Below are positions 13,895 through 25,870 of a stretch of 64,000 nucleotides of DNA, one piece after another. Each line of letters opens with the position of its first letter. Positions within the stretch are counted from its first letter, which is position 1. A program made the translations under genes and the position numbers. The notes beneath the pieces are model-generated. The model did no database searches, was not told where the DNA came from, and saw only the letters and a program-made list of their open reading frames with translations. This DNA comes from Adineta vaga (Eukaryota; Animalia; Rotifera): positions 1 to 64,000 of the forward strand of contig CP075495.1 of NCBI GenBank assembly GCA_021613535.1. Direction: 5' to 3'.

Positions 13895-15225
13895 ATCAAC
13901 TGAATTATTTTTACGAATTATAAGCTGAAAGGTTTTTTACATCGTTGAATATTGATAAAAATTAGATCAAACGACAGAGCGTGAAAAACTGGACATATAA
14001 GCATATTTCCAAAGAATATCACTATGAGCTTTGATCACAACTTTAGAATAAAAACCAATTATTTAATATTAAGCATAAATAGATTTTTTTTGTCTTTTTG
14101 TTTAAACGACATGCAAATGGTTCATGTATGTGATCGTTTAGGAAAGATTTATACATAGAAAATGAAAAAAAAAATTGCTGATGATTCGAAGATCAATTAT
14201 TGATGATAGTGTCGATGAAAATGGTGAGACTAAATCAGAAATGAACAGTTAAAAATAAATTGCTATTATGTGAAAATGTGCAACTAATTACTCAAAATAA
14301 AATTGGTAGTATTGATAAAGTAGAGAAATAACGTTATTCCTGTTTAGATTGCTGAACAATATATGCAAGATATTTTCTTTGATCCATCTCTTGCTCTTAT
14401 AGTTAGTTATTTAATTACTTGATTTTTATCTCAAATTAAAAGAAGCATTATCAAGATGTTCTTGCCAATAATTTCGAGTTAAATTTCATCATCTTGCCAT
14501 TCGCTTGTTTTTCAAATGATTAACGATTATTTATATTTAGAAATTAGCGCGAGAAAATATTTTCATGACGTGTATTAATCGATTGATCGAGTCGACTTGA
14601 GAATAATCGTGGATGATTTTTGTTTGAACCGATCAAAGAAAAAAGAGATGTTTTTCCTCTCACACAATTTAGTTAATATTATGGCTTTTTAGGAAAAAAG
14701 TATGGCTCTGAAATAAACTCTTTTCTCTTTTCGCTGACAACGAAATTCTTTATAGAAATGATAATATCTGACGGAAAGAAGAAGGATTTTAATTCTATGC
14801 TTTATAATACATCTATTCACGAGTCCAAGTTAATAAAATTCGATTTTCTTTAAACAAAAATATATCTCAATCTATCTAGTATATATCACAAAAACTGAAA
14901 TATTTTCACTTATTGAAGAATAATCTCTCAATATTTATTTTCAAATTAATTTCACTATCATGACCATTATCAATTTTTTATCTTCTATGCATAGGTCTCT
15001 TCTGAATGATCATAGACACATGAACGATGTGCATGTTTAAAATGAAGAAGACGAAAAAAGTTTTTATTTAACGTCGAAGAATTGCTTTTTTTCTCAATTT
15101 CTTTTCGAAAACATTCTGATGTGCCCAGTTTTCATGCTCTATCGATTGATCTAATTTTTATCAACATTTAATGATGAAAAAAACCGATTTGGACTATAGT
15201 CATATGCACAAATAATTCAGTTGAT
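13895..15225. repeat. Old diverged inverted repeat pair (~110-bp arms)
   Basis: 13895-~14005 (ATCAACTGAATTATTT...TTGATAAAAATTAGATCAA) is reverse-complementary, with many mismatches, to ~15115-15225. Confidence 0.65.
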
Positions 15226-17062
15226 CTTTCCATCGAGATTCTACTGAAATTACAACGTAGTACGATCAGAAATTCATGCGTTCGATTTTCTCAACAAATT
15301 TTTACAAAAATCACGATAAAAAGATCAAATAAATGAGTTGAACTATGAACTCTGATCTGTGTTTCGTTATGTCTTTATATTTTGATGCTCTTTTTCCAAA
15401 AGAAGACAGTTAAACTATCTAATCTATGTTCACTCGAAAAAGATGTTAATTCAAAATGTCAATTTAAATTTAAATTTAGATCAAGATTGAGCCTTCATGT
15501 ATTTTAATCGTCATCCTCACATACACATTCATTTCTGTTTTTCTTTCGATTGTTCAGATCATAAATCAATAAACGTGTACTTGGCACATATACATGTATA
15601 TCAAGAAGGCATAAGAAAAAGAACAAGAAGAAGAAGATCATTGAATTAAAATAAAAAATATCTTCCTTTTTTCACATGTACATCGATTTAATCTTTAATA
15701 TTTTAATTGACTTCGACACTCAGTTGAATTCAAAATAAAAATCTGTTAAAATATTTAAATGGAAGGAATTCATTTATGTTGGTTAATCTTTTATCAATAA
15801 AAAACAATCAACTTACTTTGCAAATGATAGATTCTTCTAGAAAAAATATATTCTAAGTACGTGAGTGATTTATAAATATATTCTTTTTTTCGATTTAATT
15901 TATGAATTTTATCTCTAAGAAGTAGTTGATTTGTCACTTCAGATAATCAGTCTGAGAGCTTGATCATTTCCTTTAAACAAGATATATGTAGCTTGTTTGT
16001 CGTTTCATCTCTCACTCATAAACATAGCTCGGCAAAAAAAAGAACATACATATTGATACGATCTTGACGTTGATGATAAACATATAAAATATCTTACACC
16101 TCTTGATAGATAAATTATAAATTAATTTTAAATGATGCACTTCGAAATATTTATCCCGCATTAATCATAACGGAATAAGTTACTCATTGATATTTTACAG
16201 CAAATAGGATCATAAATCTGAGAAAAATATTGCTGTTTTTCTTTTATCGAAGAAAAAAAAAGAGAAGTACTTGATTAAAATATTCATTATTTTTATTGAA
16301 AACTTGTTAATAATATTGTAATTATATCTACCTTTGGGACGATCATGAATGAAATCAATCAGAAAGATACATAAGTGAGAAAATACACGAAAAGAAATTA
16401 GCATATACTTGACCTAAGAAAAAAATGAATAACATCTAATTGACCAAATGAATCGTTCAAAAGAATATATCATCTCGTTTGTTGGAGGATCCTATTTATT
16501 CAGTTTTACTCACAATTTGAATAAGTTATTGCAAGTAATTAACCATCAATACTCAAATTTTTATATTCTTTCTCTTGATGCCATTTATATTGTCTATAAT
16601 GAATTGAAACTTTAAAAAAACTGCCATATACAGCTAGATCTAAAAATCATTTCATTAAGATAATTTTTCCTTATTTCATCATGGTAGATACATAATAATC
16701 TTTGATCTGTTCATCAAACCTTTTCATATTGTGATGTTATCACAAATAAAAATTTGTCACTTATGTGTTAATATTTCCTTTTAATCATTTGGTACTGAGC
16801 ATCAAAAGGTATATTCTTCATTCGTTTCTAGTAGTTGATGATTTCTTTTTTCTCATATCTTCTTACACAGTGACATATATTTGAGATAAGTTTTTACGTT
16901 AAAACTCGTTGAACTAAATTAATTTCAATATCACAGGAAAAAATGACGAATGTATTAATATAAATAAGAGTCAAATAGATCGTTATTTTGAAATTCAATT
17001 GAAGACGACGTCTGGACTATTTCAGTGTCATGTCAATGTCATACGTGTTGATTACAATCAAT

Positions 17063-17597
17063 TAGGGGTGGCACTTTACATTTACTTTACAAGTAACTGA
17101 GTAGCTACTTTAGTTACTTAGTTACAAGTAACTGGTAACTACTTATTTACTTCGTTACTTGTAACTAGTAACGAAAGTAGTTACTGAGTTACTAGAAATT
17201 GGTAACGAAAATAGTTACTTCGTTACTAGTAACTGGTAACGAAAGTAGTTACCAGTTACAAGTAACTCAGTAACTAAAGTAGTTACTCATTAAAAGTAAA
17301 TACCATTTTAATTTATCAGGATCGCAAATTTATTTTACTTTGTAGTTACGTAACTCAAGTAAAGTAACTACTTTAGTTACTGAGTTACTTGTAACTGGTA
17401 ACTACTTTCGTTACCAGTTACTAGTAACGAAGTAACTATTTTCGTTACCAATTTCTAGTAACTCAGTAACTACTTTCGTTACTAGTTACAAGTAACGAAG
17501 TAAATAAGTAGTTACCAGTTACTTGTAACTAAGTAACTAAAGTAGTTACTTTTCGGTAGTTACGTAACTCCAAAGTAAAGTAAATGTGCCACCCCTA
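17063..17597. mobile_element. hAT-type palindromic MITE
   Basis: TAGGGGTGGCAC...GTGCCACCCCTA ends; 8-bp TSD CAATCAAT at 17055-17062 and 17598-17605; interior built from GTAACT/AGTTAC units in inverted blocks. Confidence 0.92.
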
Positions 17598-18147
17598 CAA
17601 TCAATGACTACTTATATATCAGCATTTGTTTGCCAGATGTGTTTATCGATTATCACAATATGATAATTGCCAGGAAAGCAAAAAAGGCATTAGTCTTCTT
17701 GATAAAATAACAATTGATATTTTATTATGTCATGCATGACTATTCATATAAATAAAATATATCTTATCTCTGCTTTTGTCTAAGTATAATATTTATCATT
17801 TGTGAATGATCACACTAATTTCATTTTCGTTAAAACGTTTTGAGTGAAAGTATATATAGCAGACATTAAGAATATATTTATCCAACTATTATACCGACAA
17901 CTAGTTGACTACTGAACATGCTGAGCATCAACTTTTTCTTTAACATTGACCTACTCCTCTTTACTTTTAGATAGCAACAAGCACGCACTTCACTTACCAA
18001 TAATCTAAAGTTTCATGATGTCTGACACTACGACAATCAATAATACACAGGTATTAATAAGAATTTTTTCTTTGAATGAACCTTTCATTGAAGACAGAAT
18101 TATTTTAATTGATAATATAAAATTCTCTTCATATATATCAGCGTCCT

Positions 18148-18187
18148 AGCGTCCTAGCGTCCTTAAACTAACGGACGCTAGGACGCT
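18148..18187. other. Perfect 15-bp GC-rich stem-loop with 8-mer repeats
   Basis: AGCGTCCTAGCGTCC-TTAAACTAAC-GGACGCTAGGACGCT; degenerate second copy at ~18250-18291 within a ~110-bp local duplication. Confidence 0.85.
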
Positions 18188-18634
18188 CCAATAATAGAAG
18201 AAAAGTTTCTCTTTTAGATTGATAATATAAAATTCTTTTCATATTCATCAGCGTCCTGGCGTCTTCACTGTTGATAAAACGCTTGGATGCTTTATACAAC
18301 AAAATAAATAAATAACTAGTTCATGAGAAAAAGTTTTTTTTGATAAATACTGTTCTATGCTCTTTGAAATAGTCACATGTCTGAGAAATAATTAAGTTGT
18401 TCACACATATGTTCATCATTTCTTTTAGTCATTCATTGAACGTTGTGACTTCGTCTACAACAATGGCTCGCATTGTTATAATGCGGGATTGGATTTCACA
18501 TATGGTACTTCTTCAAAGAGATTCTGCTATGATCACCTAACAGAACATGAAAATACAGAACAGAATGAGATAAAAGAATCAAAGTAAAAAGAATTTGAAT
18601 CAGTTGGAAGCAAAAAAATGATTTTAATTTAAGT

Positions 18635-20069
18635 TTGAATACTCCATCTGCAATTTTAAATTTGGATGAGGATCGGATATCTGATGCACAGAAATCACAA
18701 TCGTCCACCTGTATATCATCATCACCATCGACCATTTGTATAACATCATCGCCATCGACTATCTGTATATCAACATCATCCTGTTCTTCTTCGTACTCCT
18801 GCAACTATTCATCTGTATGTACAAGCTCAAGAAACTCAACTTCAATTAAATCAAATTTGATTTCGGGTTTGTTACGAAATTTGTTTCATTCTGGAATCCA
18901 AAAACAAACAAATATTTCTAGATGAAACTTCATTTTATTTTCGTCCAGTAGTTACATCAATACAAGCTGTTTTAAATCATCTTCAATCTTTCAAGGAATT
19001 AGATATGCTGGAAGACGACAATCATCATTCAATTGATTATGTGCTCTCTTCAACAACAAAGAATCAACAATATATATCTCATGTAATAAAAAATGAACCG
19101 ATAGATGTTTTACCTGTTGGAGTTGTTTCCGATAATTTTATTTCGATATTGGAATCCACCGTCAACTCAACAACAAAAAAACGAAAAAGAACTTTTCAGA
19201 ATGAAAGTTCTATTAAAGAAAACGATGAAAGGTTGAATAGAATAAACTTTTTTTTTAAAGATGTTCACACATCTATAACATATGTGGATATATTCGCTTC
19301 CATTGCGACTACGTATCCATTAATTCAATTAAATGCAATGGAAAACTTGGCTAAAATTCAATATCTTTGTGTTGCTGGTAATATAATTGTATATATAAAT
19401 CATATATCTCTAGATTATGAATTTTAGACACATATTTCTTAATCATATTTTTCCTGGTAAATATTTTAATCTAATGTATTCTGTATCTAAGTCTCTTTTC
19501 GAATAGATTTAAAAATATCCGATTACTTGCATGTAACAACTAGTGATGAATTTAATGAGCAAATAAAATTGTCTGCAAATGGAAAATACCTAGAATCATC
19601 AATTTATACAATTAAGAAAGAGAAATTTGCATCGAATGATGATTATCGAAAAAGACAAGATGATGTAGCTGGTGCTGCATTTGAACAAAACTCATTCAAT
19701 AGCAGTTTGATTATTTATTTATGCATATATATTCGTTAGAACATGTTTCCTTTTATAGCGGTTTCAATAGTTAAAAATAATCTAAGATTCGAATATTTAG
19801 TACGTGGACAACAGATAAGAAATAATATTGAATATGAATTAGAATTGGCAAAGAAACAAAAGAGAATGGAATATAAACCGATATATGATCCATCATCGTT
19901 TAAGTAAGAGTTTTCTATGAATAACTCTTGTAATCTTCATTTTAACATAGAATCCCCGATGAACATCGTCACCAAATAGAGGAGTGGTTAAAACATGATT
20001 TTCAAAAACGTATAGAAAATAAAATTGATCGATCAAGATGTTTATTCATGATCGGTCCAACTCAACATG
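18635..20069 (+). pseudogene. Geminivirus/CRESS-like Rep (degenerate HUH region plus start of SF3 helicase), spliced and truncated
   Basis: Spliced reading: RLNRINFFF (motif I-like)...KIQYLCVA...AVSIVKNNLRFEYLVRGQQIRNN...YKPIYDPSSFKIPDEHRHQIEEWL...RSRCLFMIGPTQH(G), then a GT donor; no HUH or catalytic Tyr found; no downstream GKT exon found. Confidence 0.6.
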
Positions 20070-20304
20070 GTATCTATTTTCAACTAATATAATTTCTTGA
20101 ATGAATAGTTCATACAATTCAACATATCAGTTTTAAAGAAATATTGAATTAATTATTTTACTTCCGCTTTCATGATGATAGAAATTGCGAATATCTTATT
20201 GATTTACATTACAAAGAAGTGAAACATTAGTAAAACACAAGAAAAATTTTTCGTTTTGTCGGATTGACAAACAAATATTGAACGAAAAGAAAATGAATAG
20301 GTTG

Positions 20305-20624
20305 GCCGTCATTGAGCCGAAAGTAAAAAAGGCCGAATGAACTAATGTCGAATGGAAAAAAGAAAAAATAGTCGAAAGAACAAATGTAGAAGAGAAAAAG
20401 GTAGAAAGGAAAAATGACGAAAGAAAAATATCGAATGAGACAGACATCGAAAATTTCATTGAAAGAGATATTCTTTATTTTTCAATTAATAACATAACAG
20501 TAAGAATAAACACAGATTCTCTCCCTCTTCGGCCTTTTTCTTTTTCGACGTTAATCCATTTGACATTTTGACTTTCTATATTTTTATCCTTCTGTCGTCT
20601 ATTTTCTTTCGGTTTAATGACGGC
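20305..20624. mobile_element. Small degenerate foldback MITE
   Basis: GCCGTCATTGAGCCGAAAGTAAAA at left vs TTTTCTTTCGGTTTAATGACGGC at right; purine-rich left half, pyrimidine-rich right half; TSD unclear. Confidence 0.55.
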
Positions 20625-22033
20625 ACATAGAAGAGAATTTTTTATTTGTTAATATTTCGTCGACAGACATAAGAAAAATTGTCTACATTTAAATGCTCAA
20701 TCATATATACGAATGTCGTGTGCTCGTTGTCGATAAATGCAGAAAAATATCAATATTATTATTAAATTTACAAGATGAATTTTATCTTTAGGATTGTTAG
20801 TACAACGATTTTATAAATTATTTGCTGTCGATGATGAATTGGAACGACAATTATAGTAGAAGACGTATTGTTGATGGTTATAATCGATAATGCGTAGATA
20901 GTATTGATGATGTATGGAATTTATTTATCATCGTCTTCCTTCTGTATTGCTTTTGAAAGGTAAAAAGACAGACAGCGAATATTTTAAATTAATCTCAACA
21001 TTGAAGTAAACAGCAGGCAATTAATGATTAGGAATCGATTTAAACTGTGCACTTTTAATCGATTTCAAATTGATTTTAGGGTGAGTAAATGCAACTGTAA
21101 TCAACATATTTTGATTATAATCGATTTATAATTAACTATTTAATTCATTACAATCGAATCTTTTCCGTATTTTTTTACATGGGATAGTTTATCTGATGAA
21201 AATACTATTATATAAATCTGAATACTCATCAGCTCTTGGTCTCTGTCATTAGAATAGATGCACATATCACAGACAATACAAGATGAGGGAAAAATAAAGT
21301 GAAAAGTGCTTCACAGCTAAAAGTTGGTTTATAATTCGTCTAAAAAATTTATTTGTTTACTACTGTCGACATTCGCATTCGAATTTATTCTTGATCGAAC
21401 AAAATAACTAATAGTTTGCAATAGTTTCTAAAATAAAGATAAATATAATTGAAGTATCATTCATAAACAACAAAAAGAAAAAGAAAACACTTTTTCTATT
21501 CAGTTATATACGCAACTTGAATTTTTCTTGAACATCTGCAGTGATATTTGAATGATTAAGGAGAGGAATGTTCTTAAAAAATGCTAGTCTAGTGCTTTGT
21601 TTTTTCCAAGCCATGTAAGTATTTGAAAGACTATATGTACGACCATTTAACGAGAAATATGAATATTCAGCAAGAAGTCTTTCTTAGTTATGAATCTTCT
21701 ACTTACATAAAACAAAAGAATTTGAAGATTCTTTCAAATGTTTATAATCGCTATGATGAGTAGAACTGTCAATATCAAAGAACGAGATAGTCTGATGCGT
21801 CATACGGCATCTTTGTAGTGTGCCAGACTGATATAAAGATAAAATCTTTTCAACACGTCAACAAGTTCCTTCAGTGAAAGAGAAAAAACACAATCCTGAA
21901 CGACTTACTAATTGTTTAAAATATGAAGTCGGAAGATAGTGATCAACCACTACGAAATTTGGAAACAAAGAAATATGTTTATTCCGATAAGTCAGAGTCA
22001 GTTGTCTGTAAAATTTGCACGCGAAAGTTTATA

Positions 22034-23242
22034 CCGGGTGTTACAAAAGTTTTGCGACATTTTGAAAAATCTTTCTTTCCTTTCCGCGCATTAAGATAAT
22101 TGGTTTAGTTCATATAGTTTCAGTAGATATTAGCGCCCCCTACCATATCAATAGCACGTGATTTATTAATTATTCTTCCGTTGATTGTACTATGGTTAAA
22201 AGTCACGATATGCGAGAAGTCGCTATTTCCCATTATAAAGCTGGGAAAAAAGCTCCAGAAATTGCAAATTTGTTGGCAAATAAAGTTCATCGAAGTACCA
22301 TTGATCGTTGGTTACACCGATACAAACAATCTGGTTCAATTTATGTTAAACAAAAATCAGGAAGACCAAAAACTGGCCGTACAAAACAAAAAATTCATTT
22401 TGTAAAAAAAAGACTTGATTCCAACATTTCTCGAAAAAGTTTGCGAACAATGGCCAAAGATTTTACAACTTCTTATGGAACGATCAAGCGAATACTTAAT
22501 ATTGATCTAAATAAAAAATGTTACCGAAAAATTACAGTTCAACATTTAAAAGACAATCAAATACCAATAAGAAAATCATGTTGTCAATGGATTAGGAAGA
22601 ACATTAGTCGTTATAAATTAGAAAGAATGATGTTTACTGATGAAAAAATTTTCACCAAGAATGGTCATTTCAATCCAAAAAATGATGTTGTGTGGGCCGA
22701 CGATCGATCTGATGCTAATGAGCGTGGTGGACTGCATCCAACTGAAAAATATCCAGTATGTATCATGGTAGCAGTTGGTGCAACATGGTATGGACTTACA
22801 CGTCCATATTTTTTTTTGAATGGCGAACGTCTCAATGGTCAAGCTTATCGTGATCAATTATTACCATTTTACAAAGAAGAAGGTGACCGGCTATTCCCAC
22901 CTAATTCACCTGAACTCAATCCACTTGACTATTCTATCTGGGATAATATCTCAAGTAATATGGAATATCGGAAGATCAAAACAATTAATGATTTACGTCG
23001 TGAAGTCGAAAAAGCAATAAAGAAAATTGATGTTAATTATCTACGGGAAGTAATAGGTGCTTTCCTTCGACGAGTATATTCAGTAGAAAAACATGATGGT
23101 GAATTGATAATCGATGAGTATAACTGATTGTTGTAGTACTGTGTCGTAGCTGTTAAGACAATATATTGTTATTTTATTTGTTTACTTTCTTTTGAAATAA
23201 ACTGATCTTTCTGAAATGTCGCAAAACTTTTGTAACACCCGG
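22034..23242 (+). mobile_element. Tc1/mariner superfamily element (maT/DD37D-like)
   Basis: 29-bp TIR CCGGGTGTTACAAAAGTTTTGCGACATTT at both ends; TA TSD. Confidence 0.93.
22192..23127 (+). pseudogene. maT-like transposase with in-frame deletion of the second catalytic Asp
   Basis: HTH region, SGRP, MFTDEK and PPNSPELNPLDYSIW present; GDRLF joins directly to PPNSP and the QQDxA motif is absent. Confidence 0.85.
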
Positions 23243-23566
23243 TATTTATATCATTGGTAATCTTATATCCCATTCGACTTACATATTACATTATTAGTCT
23301 AATTTTATTCATACTAATCTCAATATTTCTTATTAAAGGTATGTAAATCGATCCGTTGTGGAAGCTGAGCCGTTTTGGCATCTTTACTATCTTCTTTTTT
23401 TTATATTTTACAATATGTTGTTGCATATTTCTTAGATGAATTTGTTCGGAATTTTATAAAAAAAAATGAACATCTATATCAGTCAACCGATTTACTTTTG
23501 ATTATAATTCTAATTCAAAACTACTTATGAGTTTTTCCTTTCATTTCAGTAAACGCTTTAAATAAT

Positions 23567-23905
23567 ATGGAATATAGATTGGTTTTGAACAATAGAACTA
23601 ATATTGAAATAACTAATAATGATATGTGCGGGTTTTATCATCAACTTTTAAAATATTACAAGTTTCATCACGTTCGAACTAAAACAAGAAAAGATATTTT
23701 CTACCTTTTTTTCCATAGGGAAGAAGACACATACGCTGCCTTGCGAACAGCTAAAACACTAAAAACAATTTCAATTACTCGCTATTTTCTATCAATTCCT
23801 ATGGATAATGAAACACCTTTTCGACCATTTCCTCCCAACAATATTATTAATATTTGTCGTTATGCATTGAGAAAATATATTGATCAGTTTGATAATGTGG
23901 TATGA
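23567..23905 (+). CDS. Small hypothetical protein, possibly RRM-like
   Basis: 112-aa ORF; YRLVLNN...IFYLFFHREEDTYAAL resembles RNP2/RNP1-helix spacing. Confidence 0.4.
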   Translation: MEYRLVLNNRTNIEITNNDMCGFYHQLLKYYKFHHVRTKTRKDIFYLFFHREEDTYAALRTAKTLKTISITRYFLSIPMDNETPFRPFPPNNIINICRYALRKYIDQFDNVV

Positions 23906-24440
23906 AAATATATTTTGTGGTATATATACATATTGTACATCCTTTTATTTGATATAGACATTATTTAAAACATTTCTTCGTCGTCTCTGTGAACAAATAA
24001 TGGCGCAAACGATAAAAATTCGTAATCGTTTGCTTTCCTTTTCATTATCGCAGATGAATCGATATTATATTTATATTCATATTTTAGTTCATATACACAT
24101 TGAAAAGCTCGATATGTGGTGGCGAATGAACAAGCAATTTATAGTCAAAGATAACTGTTCAATACAAAAACTTTTAGATGTTTTTTTTAGTTAGTATTCT
24201 ATTGTTCTAATATCTTTCTTGTATTAAAATATGGAACTCTTATTTGCATATTGAACTGACTCTCTTTGAAAACTAACATTGTTCTTTGTGTAGGTATGTC
24301 TTACATGTGAAAAAATGTACCTAATAATGTTGCACTTTTTTGTTTTGTCAATTCTGTATATATGCTAAAAGGATAAACATAGCACTGATCGACGAAAAAC
24401 TGCATGTTGCCAAATAATCCAGGAATATATTCGAGATTAA

Positions 24441-25314
24441 CGGGTATTAGTAAAAAACGCGAACAGCACGAACACCCAACTTTTCGAGATAACATATAAG
24501 TCATGCCTACGAACACCCACAGCCTGGTGAGTTATGCTCACGAACATCCACGAACACCCATATTGTATATATTATAGTGGAGAAAAATAACCAACAAAGG
24601 CAAAAAATTTACCTTCTCCATACGAACACCCAAAATCTCACCAATTGTTCAGACAAATACATCAACTTGCTCCTACGAACACCCACAGAATTTCATAATC
24701 TTCATTTTGATGTAAATATATGGTATCTCCAAAAATCTTTTTATTGAGTTTTCTCCCAATACATTCGAAGATGAGTGTGTATATATATAAAACAGCGAAC
24801 AATAGTCTTAAATGTATTCAGAAGAAATCTCAATAAAAAGATTTTTGGAGATGGCACATATTCACTTCAGAATGAAGATTTCGAAATTCTGTGGGTGTTC
24901 GTAGGAGCGAGCTGAGTGATATTGATATGTTATTACTAACTTTTCGAGTGTCCAACTGTATTTACGAACAAAAATGACGTGATTCTAAGTGTTTCGAGCG
25001 AATTTTCGTGGTTGTATACTTTTTGAAGGTGGAATATAATTACACCAGGATGTAGATTGTGAAATTCTGTGGGTGTTCGTAGGAGCAAGTTGATGTATTT
25101 GTCTGAATAATTGGTGAGATTTTGGGTGTTCGTATGGAGAAGGTAAATTTTTTGCCTTTGTTGGTTATTTTTCTCCACTATAATATATACAATATGGGTG
25201 TTCGTGGATGTTCGTGAGCATAACTCACCAGGCTGTGGGTGTTCGTAGGCATGACTTATATGTTATCTCAAAAAGTTGGGTGTTCGTGCTGTTCGCGTTT
25301 TTTACTAATACCCG
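24441..25314. mobile_element. Non-autonomous foldback element, PIF/Harbinger-like
   Basis: ~260-bp near-perfect TIRs (CGGGTATTAGTAAAAAACGCG...); TAA on both flanks; repeated CGAACACCCA motif; extra internal inverted segment ~24820-24912. Confidence 0.85.
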
Positions 25315-25870
25315 TAATTCATTGTTGTACGAATAAATATTAATAATGAACTAAATGGATGACGAATATGTATACTACTTAAAGAAAAAGACAGATGGAA
25401 TAGAACAAGAACGTTCATAACATCTTAACGAATAACTTCAGTTTAATCTATTTAAAAAAAGGATACTTTCATTGACAAATTTGATCGCACATTAACTTTA
25501 ATCAATACATAATGACTCGTTGTTGTTACCTGTATTTCGCTACAGAACGTAACGTGAATCGTTAATACAGAAATAGTTATATATGATATAGTATCATTTC
25601 AACTACTGGATTTGCTTTATAAATTCCATACATATCTACACATCGGACGTTAAAAAGATGAAAAATTTTAAGAACAAAATGATCTATACTGACCTAATAA
25701 TGCATACCGATAAAAAAGAGAAGAAGAAGGATATACCAAAGCATGCTGATAGTTGTGTACAGAGAAAATATTAACAGCAACTTTTTCTTTTGATAATAAT
25801 TGTTTAAAATTAATTTCAGATATATCTCCTTATCTATTTGTAACATTTATCAAGATTTGATTATCTAATT

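Noticed and set aside
11700-17000. Search for genes, hammerhead ribozymes or RNA genes in the long AT-rich stretch
   Set aside because: Only short spurious ORFs; the CTGATGA hit near 14179 lacks flanking stems; no tRNA cloverleaf seen
20955-21010. Candidate GK exon completing the Rep Walker A
   Set aside because: Reads GKKTDSEYFKLISTLK-stop with no SF3 Walker B; not convincing
24301-25178. ORFs 24301-24516 and 24936-25178
   Set aside because: They lie in the arms of a non-coding foldback element
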